Counted from the stretch's first letter, positions 1 through 14,158 are shown. The stretch is 64,000 nt of DNA from Octopus vulgaris (GCA_951406725.2 OX597814.1:191022001-191086000), one strand, 5' to 3'. The notes: generated from the letters alone by a model not told the origin. Made by a program: numbers and translations.

Positions 1-654
1 TGTAAAATTACATGAGTCTTGCTAGCTAAGTAATCAACAAAATGATCTTTCTTTCACATGTACGCATTAACAATAAATACCTTAGTACATGCTTGAAGAT
101 AAAAACATTTTCACAGATTTTCTTTTCCTTTTTTAGCTTTTTTTTTTTTTTTTTGAGGTGTGGGATCAAATTTAGTTGAATGAATAAATACGTTGAAATT
201 TGAGTTTTAATGGTAAAAGAATGATTCAAAAGAAAAGAAAATTTCTGCTTAAATTGTTTAAATCCTTTCATCTAACAGATATTTTTTTTTTCTTTTCTTA
301 ATAAGGAGGAGGGAGGAAGCCTATCAAGAACAGTTCTGAAGTTTTATAGGAAACAAGAAAACCAGTTTCAAATGTACGCTTATGAACAATACCGAAAATA
401 TTTACGGTCATGTAGGAGGGTAAATGAACTATTTCAGAAAACATTAAGACAATTTTAGAAACTATTTCAGATAGTTCGGGTTTTATAAATAACGAGAAAT
501 ATTGAATTTCATTTGTTTTTGTTTTTTGTTTTGTTTTTTTGTTTTTTTATTTTCTTGTCTATTTACAGAAATAATGTAACTCTTTGCTGCAAAAGGTTAC
601 TAAATAAAATCTAGAAATGGATTTGAGTAGCTAAAAATAATATAAAAACTTCCT

Positions 655-677
655 AAACGACAACAACAACAACAATA

Positions 678-727
<50 letters not shown>

Positions 728-730
728 TAA

Positions 731-762
<32 letters not shown>
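655..762. repeat. Compound (AAC)n/(AAT)n microsatellite
   Basis: Directly visible trinucleotide runs. Confidence 0.95.
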
Positions 763-763
<1 letters not shown>

Positions 764-1311
764 GGAAAAAGCAGCTTTCCTGTTGGCAATGTTAGTTTCT
801 AATTAGGAGCCAAAGTGTCAGCAATCACAAAATTTATCTGTCTACAATCAAAATAAAGTAACAAATTTTAATAGACTGAAAACTCTGATATGAAATAAGA
901 AGCCAAACTGATGTCAAGTGAGGACAATACAATACTTCTGAATGTTATAAGTTATTTCTAATACAACATTTTGTTTAACAGAAGCAACATAAATAGAGGT
1001 TTAACAGACTGAGGAACCTAAAAACCAACATTGGTTCTATCTATGATAGAAAATATCCTTATTTTTGAAGTGTTCATAACTTTTTGTTATGCTCCAAACA
1101 CTAGATTTAATAATAATTTCACAGTTTGGTACAAGGCTGGGAATCTTAGGAGGTGTGGGGTAAATCAATTACACCCCAGGTCTCAACTAGTACTTCTATC
1201 AACTCCAAAAGGGTGAAAGGCAAAGCTGGCCTCAGCAGAATTTGAATTCAGAACATTTAGCAGTGAAAGAGGGGCATTTTGTCTGATGCACTAAGATGTT
1301 ATTTTACTAGT

Positions 1312-1648
1312 AAAGACCCTGACTTTGGTTATGAATGACAATAGGATTGCACCTAGAAAATCACCCTCCAAGGCAAAAGTTTGGGCAAGGCTGTTTTATG
1401 GAAGACCAGCAATCATGCATAACCAGCCTCCATTCTCCACACTGCTAACATTATCCAAGGAAAAAGCAAAGGCTAATACAGCTTGGCACTAGTGATGTCA
1501 CAACTCATTTCTACAGCTGAGTGAACTTGAGCAATGTGAAATAAAATACTTTACTCAAGAACACAACATGCAGCCCAGCCTGGGAATCAAACTCACAACC
1601 TCATGATCATAAGCTCAACACTAACCAATGAACCATGTATCTTCACTT
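1312..1648 (-). mobile_element. tRNA-derived SINE, family C (same family as 26180-26520 and 55905-56240)
   Basis: Reverse complement has a degenerate tRNA-like head followed by a TGTGTTCTTGAG..ATTTCAC..TGCTC.AGTTCACTCAGCTGTAGAAATGAGTTG body, colinear with the other two copies. Confidence 0.8.
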
Positions 1649-2824
1649 ATTTTACTAAATCCATTCAGATTCTTGGCTATTTTCTAAATCTACTGAAACA
1701 CATAACCAGTGCGCCATTTCATTGTTAACAGGTGACAAAAGGGTTAAACCTCTAGGGCAAACAAAAATCATGTAACTATTTCTTAATTTATAGAGACAGA
1801 GGTTACAACCCTTTAACGAAATATATATTAACACTTAATTACTATATGTAGAAAATTAAATGTCACAGATGTTAATGACATTTTCAAATAAAATTACCCA
1901 CATGAATACTGTTAAATTAAATCTAAATATAACTACATCATCGATTCATGGTCTTTAATAATAACTAGGCTACCCAGGATCATAGCAGCAAACTTACCAA
2001 CCCTATTTTGAAAAACAACTGTATTACATTCTTCTGAATCTAATTACTAAAGCAGAACCATTGAGGTACCTCTTTAAACAGTTGTTCAATATTCTAGAAA
2101 GAGCAACTGTAACACAACTTCAAATCATCTTAAACAAGGAAGGAAACATTAGATAATGTAGTCTGAAATACTCCTAAAAAAAAGACAGGATGGTTGTGGT
2201 TGGCATATCCTTAATATTTGCTAGCTCAGTCAAGGTTGACTCAGACTGAAATAATGTATAAACCAGTGAACCAATAAATATTGTTTAACATCCACTTTTC
2301 TACGCTTGCATGGGTTAGAAGGAATTTTGAGGCAATTTTCTACGGCCAGATGCCCTTCCTATTGCCAACCCTCACCTGTTTCCAAGCAAGGTTAATATTT
2401 TCCCCATGGCCAGATAAATTCTTGCAGAAGATTGGAAATGAATGACACAGCTTGTAGAACAATGACTTATTTACAACTAACATGCAATGTCAAAACAAGG
2501 ACACATATACACACATCCATACATGTTATTGTGAGGATATAGATACCTCTTGAATGGATGCTAGCATCCAAGTTTTGATCAATTAAGATGGGATTCCTTT
2601 TCATGTCGATTTCTCATCCTGAAGAAATATTCAACTTACTATATTCAAAATGCATCTTTTTTTATTATTTGTAATTTGAATGAACTGGATATGGAAATAA
2701 TTGTAGGTAGTATGAAATTGACAATGTGTTATAAATTGATGTTTATCTGTCAAACTCTCCATTTTCTTCTTTTATATGTTTGTGTGTGTCTGTGTATATA
2801 CACACACATATATATATACATATA

Positions 2825-3017
2825 CAGTAATCCCTCGACTATCGCGGATGTTAAGTTAAAAAAATGCTCACAATAGGTGAAGTAGAAACTACTGAATATA
2901 TTTTTTTAATTATTTTTATAATTTGCATATATTTATTTTATTATTAATGCAAAACAACACCACAGAGAAATCAACGTCAGCTTAAATAATAAACCGCGAT
3001 ATGGTAAGGGATTACTG
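2825..3017. mobile_element. Tigger/pogo-type MITE
   Basis: TA-CAGTAATCCCT...AGGGATTACTG-TA: perfect 11-bp terminal inverted repeat extended by ATCGCGG/CCGCGAT, TA target duplication, AT-rich non-coding core. Confidence 0.85.
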
Positions 3018-4185
3018 TACACACAATAAGCTTCTTCCAGTTTCCATCTACCAAATCCATTCAGAAACCTTTGGTCAGCCTGAGGTTATAGTATATGACA
3101 CTTGCTTAAACTATCATGTAGTGGGACCCAAAACTATGTGTTTGGAAAGCAAACTTCCTAATCATGCAACCACATCTGTACCTTCACAGTCATACAACTA
3201 TAAATAAACAGGGTAGATGGACAGGGCAGACAGTCCAACAAAACCCCAGCAGAAAAGTGCACGCAATGAACACAGATTTAGAGTACTGAAAATGTTATCA
3301 AAGAGTTCAGGGTTTAATACTACAATCCAGTCAACTTACTATCAACAGCCATACACAATTCAATAAAACCCAACAGAGTTTAGTTGGAGTCTATAAATAA
3401 TTACTGGACACTTTATAGATTTAAACTAGTAGAGTCAATCAGATATAATTAGAGTGAAGGTGAGAGAAGTCCTTGAAGAAAGTAATATCAAGACTGGAAT
3501 CTAATATAAAGGTCTTCAGGTTGAAGATATTCTTAGAAATGTAGTAAAAACAAAACTCTATAAATATGATAAACTTCCTCAATAATGACCCCTACCACCC
3601 CTATTCACACACTATTTGAGTAAAATACCAATCTATATACAGAAATCAAATTTCAGCTGAATTTAAAATAGATAGAGGATAGAATCAAACCAGATTATAA
3701 AAAGCTGCAGTTTTACACCATAATCAGACAACAATGTCACAAATTAAAAACTTGGACTAATTTTACAATGAAAGCAGGAAAAATTGATTCATCATTGTTT
3801 TAACTTCCAAATTTCCATGCTTGCATGGGTTAGACAGAATTTGTTGAGGCAGATCATCTATGGCCTGATGTGTGTGTGATGGGCCTCTTTCAGTTTCCAT
3901 CAACCAAATCCACTCACAAGGCCTGGGTCAGCCTCAAGCTATAGTAGAAGATACTTGCCTAAGGTGCCATATAATGGGACTAAACATGAAATCACGCACT
4001 TGGAAAACAAGTTTCATAACCACTCAGCCAGGTCTATGCACAATTGTAAATGAAATAATAGATCAACATCCAGTAGTTAGTAATAATTCATTTAGTAAGC
4101 AGCAAGGACTTTTCATAACTTCCAAATTAAAGTGATTTTGTAAATGAAACACTAATTTTCTTTGAATTAATTGCATATATATTAA

Positions 4186-4286
4186 TGGCACCTTGGGCAA
4201 ATGTCTTCTACTATAGCCTCGGACCAACCAAAGCCTTGTGAATGAATTTGGTAGACAGAAACTGAAAGAAGCCTGTCATATATATG

Positions 4287-4347
<61 letters not shown>

Positions 4348-4570
4348 ATATATATGTGTGTGTGTCTGTGTTTGTCCCCTCAACATCGCTTGACAACCGA
4401 TGCTAGTGTGTTTACGTCCCTGTAACTCAGCGGTTCGGCAAAAGAGGCTGATAGAATAAGTACTAGGCTTACAAAGAATAAGTCCTAGGGTCGATTTGCT
4501 CGACTAAAGGTGGTGCTCCAGCATGGTCACAGTCAAATCACTGAGACAAGTTAAAGAGTTAAAGAGAGTG
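4186..4570 (+). mobile_element. Dominant SINE family A (CORE-like centre, internal (TA)n(TG)n, second module), 5'-truncated copy
   Basis: GGCACCTTGGGCAAATGTCTTCTACTATAGCC...GAAAGAAGCC-(TA)n(TG)n-TGTTTGTCCCC...GGTGCTCCAGCATGG...CAAGTTAAAGAG; matches the full copies at 34849 and 38476. Confidence 0.9.
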
Positions 4571-6743
4571 TAATAGCAGCACTGTGATTTTAAAATATAC
4601 ACGATGCACTTGATATTATTTTCTTTTTAACCACATGAACAATAAGTGGTGTTAATTGAAAATACCAATTCTTAAATTTAAGAAGCAAGTTAAAAATGTT
4701 ATGAATTTCATTCTAGAGAGGGTTTAATCATGAATATATGTACTTCCATATAAGGAAATTATCTTTCCAGAGAGATGCTTCCTATCTACTTCTAAAAATA
4801 TTTTTTATTGGCAAAAGAGAAAACTTCACTTTTAAATAATACTTGCAGTGTATTATTAGATTTCAAATCTATAATAGCTAACTACATATTTGTATTAAGG
4901 TCATCAACATTTACTTCAGATTGATTTTGAAACAACAGAAATACATTTTCATTGCTTATCTTCTGTTGAATTCGTTTTGTAACAGAATTATATTACCAAC
5001 TCAGAATGTTTACTAGGAAAATTTAGATTACGTTGATACAATGTTTTACAAAACTTTGCAGCACTACAAATGGAAAAAATGTATGTGTGCGTGCGTGTGT
5101 GTGGGCATGCGTGTGTGCATTATAAAGTACTAATTTTTTTTGAGCATCAGTTTATATCATGAGCTCCAAGATGTTGAAAAGTATAGCAGGAAAGAAAACA
5201 AGACTCAACTGCCATCTTCAAAGTGGCAATGTTTGATATGGAAATAAGGAATACATGGAAATTCCATACAGTGTACCAAATGTAAACTATGAGTACTCAA
5301 AAAATGTAGTAAGATCAGAGGCAGGCTGACAAAGTCTTATTATGAAAGAAAACACAGTTTGTATATAGCAGAGCCATGACTGTAGAGCACAGTAAAACAA
5401 AAAACATGAAATAATATTTTTTACTTATTACAAAACACTCCTAGTTTCTAGTTGGAGGTAATCAAGTATAGCACTATTTCATTCTTTTTAGACATCATCA
5501 GCATGACATAACCTGTGACTTATAAAACATTTTACAAAGTGACACATTTCATTAAAGATGAAAATAATTACAATTTGGAGAAAATTCATTGAATGCAGTA
5601 TCCCCCCACCCACCCATCTTTTTGATAAAATAGTAGTAGTTTAGGAATCAAGAGAAAATAAAAGAGAACATTATGAGTTTTTACATACAGAATAATACTG
5701 GTTTCCAGTAATAAAATAACATGACTTCAATTAAGTTAGCATAGACCACACACACACACATTGGCAAAAATAGGAGTCAAGAAATCCCCGAGCCTTGTCT
5801 TGTTGAAGACATGTAAAGTGATTGATAAGAAGGGTAACCAGCAGTAGAAGTCGTATCAAACTGAACATTCAAATAAGATGTGGCCTACCAACCTATCTCT
5901 AAGGATAATAACTATAAATCAGCGCTAACTCAGATTGTGACAACCTTTCCAACAAATATCTGCATGAAAAGCAGACAAAAAACAATAATGATAATGAAGG
6001 TGACACCAATGACACTGAATTTCCATGTTAAGGAGAGTGAGAGAGGAAAATAGATAAAGATAAATATGTAATTATTGATTAGATGGTGCTGTTGTTATAT
6101 TGCTTATCATGTCCAAATATATAATTTATATATTCTGACTCTAAATATCTATGTCAGCATGCCCGTGCAGCCAATACACATTAATGAACAGATAGGACAT
6201 GTCTTCTCTCTTATATCAAACTATCAGTGTTGTCACAACATTGGTAAACAATTCCCAATTCTTGTTAATCAATTCTTTTATGTTTCCAAAAATATATTAC
6301 TTCAGAAATTTTTGACTGATTCCATGAATGAAAATAAGTCTATGGCTCAGCTTATCACTTTCATTTGTCAATTGAGAGTGAGAAATATGAAAAAATCATG
6401 CACTTCTTCTCTAAGCAGAAAACATGATCTGCATTGAAACTGTTCTTAAAGATAAACTTACTTCTGCAAATATAATAAATGTACCTGGTAAACCTGTTCA
6501 ATATATTTGGACATAGGTCTTCAACCATTACTAGAAAAAGCCTTGTGTGTGTGTGTATACACAAACACACAGCAGGTTTCTTTCAGTTTCTATCTATCAA
6601 ATACACTTGCAGGGTCTTGGTCAGCCTGAAGCTATAGAATACACTTGCCAAAGTGCTACAGGGTAGACTGAGTACAAGACCACATGGTTGGGAAGCAAGC
6701 TTCTTAACCACACAACCCAACCTGTGTGTGCATGTGTGTGAGA

Positions 6744-7033
6744 AGGCGCAATGGCCCAGTGGTTAGGGCAGCGGACTCGCAGGATCGCGGTTTCAATTCC
6801 CAGAATGTGCGTTGTGTTTATTGAGCGAAAACACCTAAAGCTCCACGAGGCTCTGGCAGGGGGTGGTGGCGATCCCTGCTGTACTCTTTCACCACAACTT
6901 TCTCTCACTCTTTCTTCTGTTGGCCTGCTCACTTAGCCAGTGGGGTGGCATCATTTGAAGGCTAAAACAACGCAAAGCGCATTGTGACCAGCGATTTGTA
7001 GCAACATCTGATAGCCTGGTCGGTCACGGTGAT
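6744..7033 (+). mobile_element. tRNA-derived SINE, family D, tail type 1
   Basis: A-box TGGCCCAGTGG and B-box-like GGTTTCAATTCC; body shared with 60077-60377; ends GGTCGGTCACGGTGAT then (TA)n. Confidence 0.8.
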
Positions 7034-8494
7034 ATACATATATATATTGTACATATATAAAACATTAAAATATCACACTAAATACTTCACCAATCATTAA
7101 AATGCATGTGTACTATATAAGGTAACATGCTCCAATCAAAAAGCCCTAGGTCTCAAGCAAAATAGCTTTCTTACTCTTGACTGTGTCACACAATACTTCT
7201 TTACTTTGAATTTTGCATTGCCAACTGTATACTCATTTAAGTAAATTTTATATGTGTTATGACATTGGGAAGAGTATCCAGCCATAGAAACCATGTCAGA
7301 GTAGACAGTGGAAGCATGATGAATGAAATCCAAATACAAAGAAGCAAATTACAAAATGTGATAAGTATAGCAATACCAAGCTAGCTTTAGTATAGTGACA
7401 CCTGTGATAACATTACCTGCACTAAGCTGCCACATTTTTTTTTTAAATAAATACTTAGGTTTGTCAATTAATGCAGATATACCTGTATTAAAATACTTCC
7501 TTTTTAAAGGTCCAGTATGAGGTCAATTAATAAACAACTGACTGCAGTTTCAAAAGGGATTTTTTTTTAAAAAAGAAGCTGTATAAATATTGGCAAAGAG
7601 ATTATTATTAGCAAAATTTTCAATAATAAGTTTCACACATTAGCACAATGAAAAGCTGACTACATGAATCATTTGACTAGCAGCTAAAACCTGACTTTGT
7701 GAGGAAATCTAATTAGTCGAAATACAATGCTAATAGTAATCTACTGAGCTATTGTTAACAGTAACTATACAAGAAAAAGCAATGCATTGAGTGAAAAAAT
7801 ATATCATTTCTGCTAACAATATTACTTATAAATTAATTAAATTGTTGGTACTTTGTAGTCCATCAACAAGAGAACAACTCGCCAAACATAATCACAGACA
7901 TAGGTACTAGCAGTAAATAGTCTGCTCAATCGAAGATGGTTCAGAGCTTACTTAACAACAACAACAACACTAATACCACATTGGAAATCTATATCATTAC
8001 AAATTTCATCAGGCCGGGTAACCTCTGGTCTTGATCAACAGCTTTCTCTCCATTACTAGGGTTTGGGCGCACTTCAGTCAGTTGACACCCCACCCCCACT
8101 TAACCCTGTATAAATTTCTAGTGCATGATATTTACACCCACTCACATGCGCGTGTTGAGGCAGCTGTAGTCTATTAAACAGGATCTAGTAAATATTACTT
8201 GCAGTCCAATGGTGGGATAAAATGCTATGTCAAAACTGACTGGCAGGATTAGAACTCAGTCATTTATCAATGAACTCAATTACTGTTCAGCATGTTACCT
8301 CTGTGCTACCCTTACAATCCTAATAATATCACAATAAATTGTATTAAGGTAACAGCAATAATAATAGTTTCAAACTTTGGCAAAAGGCAGTAATTTCAGG
8401 GAGTGGAGGTGAGGTGCATGATTATATATTTTATGATTTAAGCCTGCATGTTTTTAAAATAACATGAAAATTGAAGCTAAACAAAATTTCACAA

Positions 8495-9056
8495 ATGACC
8501 AGCAACCGAGACCTTTGGAAATATGCAGTACATGAGAAGACCAGGCAGGACAAGTGAGCCCAGCCCACTTATGAATGCCTTTCCTCCCTTGGACACAAAG
8601 ACCTGTTGAGGCAAGCGAAGTCGATATAGAACCTCATCCGACGACAGGCACCCATGCCAACCCCCTTTGCTTGCGAAGATATGTTGGGGAAATCGAAATC
8701 GAATTGAACCAGCCAGGATCCCTGGTCTGGTGGTACGTAAAAAGCACTATCCAACTCGTGGCCGATGCCAGCGCCGCCTCGACTGGCTTCCGTGTCGGTG
8801 GCACGTAAAATACACCAATCCGACCGTGGCCGTTGCCAGCCTCGCCTGGCACCTGTGTAGGTGGCATGTAAAAAGCACCCACTACACTCACGGAGTGGTT
8901 GGCGTTAGGAAGGGCATCCAGCTGTAGAAACATTGCCAGATAAGACTGGAGCCTGGTGCAGCCTTCTGGCCTCCCAGATCCCTGGTCGAACCGTCCAACC
9001 CATGCTAGCATGGAGAACGGACGTTAAACGATGATGATGAAGATGATGATGATGAT
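8495..9056 (+). mobile_element. 5'-truncated RTE-clade LINE 3' end (last 20 codons, 3'UTR, (GAT)n tail)
   Basis: 8495-8557 translates MTSNRDLWKYAVHEKTRQDK*, similar to the C-terminus of the RT ORF at 63745-63816 (MTKDQDA*CLAVFKKTR...). The UTR has GGCACGTAAAAAGCACC units and ends GTTAAACGATGATGATG. Confidence 0.85.
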
Positions 9057-9554
9057 ATTTGAGGGGATTGATAAAGATTGATGAACAGTTACCAACTGTC
9101 ATGTACATACACCCTCTAGCAAGAAGCAAATTAATTCTATAAGTGTATCGAATGCAGTATAGCAAGCAAGCTTGCTGGTCACTGGACTACTGCAAGATGG
9201 TCTAATCTACAAGATTAATCCATGAAAAAGACCTAAAAGAAAATTTAATAAAGAGTTTCATAGATTTAATCATATGACCAAGAGGAAGGAGGAGTTGTCA
9301 TTGAAAAAGAAAATGTTCTAGATAGATAATATGCATGTTTGGACAGGTTTTATGTAATCCTTGTCTGCCTGGGTAACAGAATCCTCCTTTCAGCTTCATG
9401 GGTGTTTTACTTTTTATAATGGTCTTTTAACTTTAACTGGCATCCCATCAATTATGATGATGAAGGCTCCAGTTGACCCAATCAATAAAAATGCCTGCTT
9501 TCATGATATTAACATGCAAGTGGCTGAGCACTCCACTGACATGCATACCCTTAA

Positions 9555-9776
9555 CCCTTTCGTTACCAATCCGGCTGAAACCAGCTCTAGCTCTGTAGTA
9601 CAAATGTCTGGTTTTCATAAGTTTTGAATTAAAATCTCCCACCAAACTTTAGTCACAATTTATGTTCCTAACACTAGCTGAATGATAACTAAGTTATTTT
9701 ACAAAATTCTTTTGTTATATTTAAAGTAACTGAAAGAAACACAGAGCATCTCAAAATAAATACAGCAACAAAAGGG
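9555..9776 (+). mobile_element. piggyBac-type MITE, family P1
   Basis: TTAA-CCCTTTCGTTAC...GCAACAAAAGGG-TTAA. It interrupts a SINE whose empty-site version (CCCTTAACGTAGTTCTCAGGG) is visible at ~46177-46198. Confidence 0.9.
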
Positions 9777-11704
9777 TTAATGTAGTTCTCAGGGAAATTC
9801 AGATATAAAACATTGTGAAAAGGCTGGTCCTTTGAAATACAGGTACTCCTCTTTTTTACCAGCTGAGTGGATTGGAACATCATGAAATAAAATAACTTGC
9901 TGAAGGGCACAACATGCCGCCTGGAATCAAACTCATGACCTTACAATCATAAGTCAAATACCTTAACCACAAAGCCACACACCTTCACTTTCAACCTTAT
10001 ATTAAAGCAGTACAAAATGTATCTATCGAACTTGACAGCATTTGTATATTTATTAAGACATCTGCAAATCAGATGAAAGCCTTTGGCAAGCAGATCTGCT
10101 TTAAACCAGTGAGTTTTCACCTGAAGTTTGTTGGCCATTCACATATTTCTAACAGTAACAGGATTCTAACAATATCAACAGCTATGAAGGCAGAATAACC
10201 TTAGGATGAAAGGCTGTTAAGTAACCATAAATAGTCTGCTCATTCAAAGATGATTCAGGGATTACATAACAACACTCTGGCAGAAACCTAACTTGCACAG
10301 ACTGATTAGAAGACCAGGATAATATCACATTGGAAATCTATACAATTACATCATCATGAATAAGATAGCTACATAGATAAGGTATTGACTGCTTGCTCAA
10401 AAGCTTTGGATTCAAATCTGCTGCAGATGAATGCACATACGTTTAACAAGAATACGCATGAGATCATCTAGGAATACTACCTACAGTAGATTTGCAGCCT
10501 ATCCAGAGACATTTGTTATCCGCTTAATGCCCTTTTAAATGGCATTAAGAGACATTTTTACGTTATAATGTTTGCTGTGAGAGAGACAGGGTTGTGAAGA
10601 GTTGGTGCAGCAGTGAATTTCAGAGAAAAATAAAGAGGGGTGAAGAACGACAGAGATGATGGAGACGACTGCAAGTCCTGAAGAGGAGGATCTAATGTTA
10701 AAACAACAAAAGAATTAAGTGTAATTAGGGCGTGTCTCAGTAAAGATTTTTCTATCAAGTAAACAAGAGCACACTGACTTGGGCTACTAACAAAACATTG
10801 TGTTATATCAAAATTTCTTTTGAAAATATCATACCCTTTCTTTCGCTGAATCTGCCTGGCTAATACTTCTAGCATCTAGCACAGCGCATTGTAGATACTT
10901 GTTCTTATTGATCCTAGAGAGATGAAAGTCAGAAACTGAAAGCATCCAAACATTACTGTAACAATCAGTCTGACATCAACACCGAGCCAATGTCCGATTA
11001 TAATATAATATTGTATGGAAAGACTAAAGCCAAAAATGAAAAAAGAAAATAAGAAAAGTTCCAGACCCAGGTAAAGTGAAAATGTTAGTATCTAATCTAG
11101 TCTGTTGCAGCTAAGAGTTTGATACCACTGAATTGAATAAGTCTTTTATGAGGCAATGATCTTCTGAGGATTATTAGATCTTAGCCAATAATAATAACAT
11201 TAGAGATTTGGTAGCTAAAAAGCTTTTTGGCCAATCATCAGCAATTTGGTACACCAGCTTAGAAGAAAAATAATAGAAAAAAAACATACCCTAGATGAAA
11301 ATTTCTTATTAAAAAAAAAAAACAAGAAAGAAATCTTTCTAAAATGTATGCAACACTTCAAACTGAAAGTGACTGCAATAATAGTAGGTAATTGAAAACA
11401 AGTATGTATATTAACACCCACACACCAGTTTTAATGTCCACAATTATAATGCTAAAAAAACTGCTGAGTGTCTCAAATCTTTATCATCTCCCACCTAATC
11501 TATGACATCCAACGTTCTCAACTCGGTTTCAGCCATTTCTTCTGAAGTCATATCTTTAAGTGGGTTATCTTCCCTCAATTTATTGCACTTTTTCACCAGG
11601 CATGTAACCTTTATTTATTACTAGGGCCATTCAAAAAAACAATTTCCATTATACATATATCAGTGTCAGTTTACCAACCACTTACTTTCTTTGTACCCAT
11701 ATAA

Positions 11705-11718
11705 ACATACACACACAT

Positions 11719-11772
<54 letters not shown>
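11705..11772. repeat. (CA)n microsatellite
   Basis: Directly visible. Confidence 0.95.
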
Positions 11773-11775
<3 letters not shown>

Positions 11776-13787
11776 AAAAGACTGTGTTAGACAATGTTTA
11801 AATATTGCCACATGGGACACCTGGTATGTTATTTTCTCTGTCTTTATAGCTTTTTTCTATTCTAAACTTATAATTTTCCCATGAATTACCAGTTTCATTT
11901 ATAGATTTGTTGGTTTTCACAGCCAGGTACTTTTCCTGGACAAATTACCTTAAGAAAACATCAAAATGATAAATGGTTATTTTGTTTTTTTTCATCAACC
12001 TCTTCAAGCCTTGCTGTCAGCCTGTTGGCTAGATAGGCTACAGACAATGTTTCAGATCTAAGTCAGGCAATAATGGAAAGCTAATTCAACCAAAGTAGGG
12101 TTTGAACCAATTACTTTGAAATAGTAACATTTCCTTTACAACTTAATATAATATGCTTTTGAGACATATTGTACATCAACTGGCCCTACACTACTACATG
12201 GAACAAGATAGCATCACAAATGTATACCATACTTAGGCACGTCATTAACTTGCCTGAACATATTGTTTTATTGTATTTATATATATTCTGATTGTGAACT
12301 AATTAGAATCTCTCCTAAAGCTTTGAGGAGTTTATTATAGGCCAGTATGAAGCTCTAGTTATATTGTATAAAGTGGGGCAGATATATATCCTACACTGAA
12401 TAGGATTCCAGCCTACAAGTGATAACATTCCCTGAAGATTCAAAAGATATTCCTGACAACTGGGTGAACTTAGGCAATACTCAAAAAGAACAAAGCACCT
12501 GCAATGTATTTGAACTCACAACTCAATCTCAACACAACATAAAAGAGGAATTATTATTATTGCAAACTATTGAGTCTATCAAAGGAATGCAGCTAAGCTT
12601 AGAGTATTAAAAAAAAAAAACTGCAAGTAGCAAAGATAAACAGTTGGTTTATCTGTCAAGGTCACAGATTAAAACAAATAGATTGTAGCTTTCTGTTATC
12701 TATTTGGCCATCCTACATCTACCTGTATGTTGAAGACTAGAAGTAGCTAAGTGAAAAGAAATCTATGATCACACTAACAAATGATGCTGCTAGCCTTATT
12801 CAGAATAGCTGTAAATAAGTAAACATGTTTGTGGGACACAGCAAATGCTGAGGTGTGTTTGTTATGTAATGGCACGCAATGGCTGTGAGGATAAGTAAGA
12901 CAAAATCTCTGGACAAGACACAAATCTGCTGACCCAGTTTGCCACATAGATAAAAACTTCCTCTTACTTCTCAGTTGAGTAGATTAGTTACAGGAAAAGC
13001 ATCCAGTTATGAAAACGATACCATCCCCCTCATTCAAACATGAAGAAATAGATGTAAAACAGCAACCCAGAAAACACCTGCAAGGCACCAAACGAAATTT
13101 AGAGCAGCAAGTTTAGCTGTCTACTCTCGGCAATACCATACATCAAGAGAAGGGGAATGCAAGAAAGAAGAATGAGAGCATCTAGTTACTACAATAATAT
13201 GCAAATGTCTAAATTTGAAAATAATCATACTTGTTTTTAATATGAATATGTAATGTAAGTGGGATGTAAATAAACACAGAGCTAAACACTGTAATAATAT
13301 CCTATAGCTCTTTTGACTATATAATATACAAGAACTTGTATAATTTGAAGTTATTGAACCTGAGCGCCAACTGTCTGCCTAGCAGACTGGTTACCACAAT
13401 TCATATTCCAATTACAAAAGAGGAAGTGTTATTATTGCAAAATAGTGTCAAGTCTATGAAAAGAATGCACCTAGCCCCGAGATTCTGAAATGTGTGTCAG
13501 TAGCAAAGATAAACACTTGGTTTAACTGTCAAGGTCACAGATTAAAACAATAAGTTGTCTTTTATCTTTTATCTATTCCAGTCATTCGACTGAGGCCATG
13601 CTGGGGCACAGTCTTGAAGAAATTTTAGTCAAATAAATTGATCCCAGTACCCTCTTTTTTGTTTTTAGCACGATGCTTATTCTATTGGTTTCTTTTGCTG
13701 AACCATTAAATTATGGGGATGCAAACATACCAACACCAGTTATCAAGCAGTGGTAAGGGACACACACACACACACACACAGATATAG

Positions 13788-14158
13788 GGTTATATCACCA
13801 CAATTAAAAAATTGGGTTATCTCCCCACCCCATTTTATGAAAAATATCGGTATTTTTGGTTATCTTCCCAACTAAAAAAATTGTTTAACTCTCAATAAAA
13901 CAAAACAAAAAAATGAAAAAAATAAACATGAAAACTAAAAAGATTAAACATCTTATTGAATCTAATAACATTTTTATAACAAATCATACCATGCCTATTG
14001 AGGGGGCCAAAAGTCAATGTGTTGAAGTACTGAATCAAAAGCATCTAAACCCTTTTAATCTAATCTCGTCACCTCATAAACTCAGTTTTTTTAGTGGGGA
14101 GACAACCCAATTTTTTAATGGACATTTTTTAATGGGGGGAAAGATAACCAAAAAGTAC
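13788..14158. mobile_element. MULE/foldback-like MITE with subrepeated TIRs
   Basis: GGTTATCT(C/T)CCC-type subrepeats on the left mirrored by GGGGAGACAACC/GGGAAAGATAACC on the right; direct repeat CAGATATAG at 13779-13787 and 14159-14167. Confidence 0.7.
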
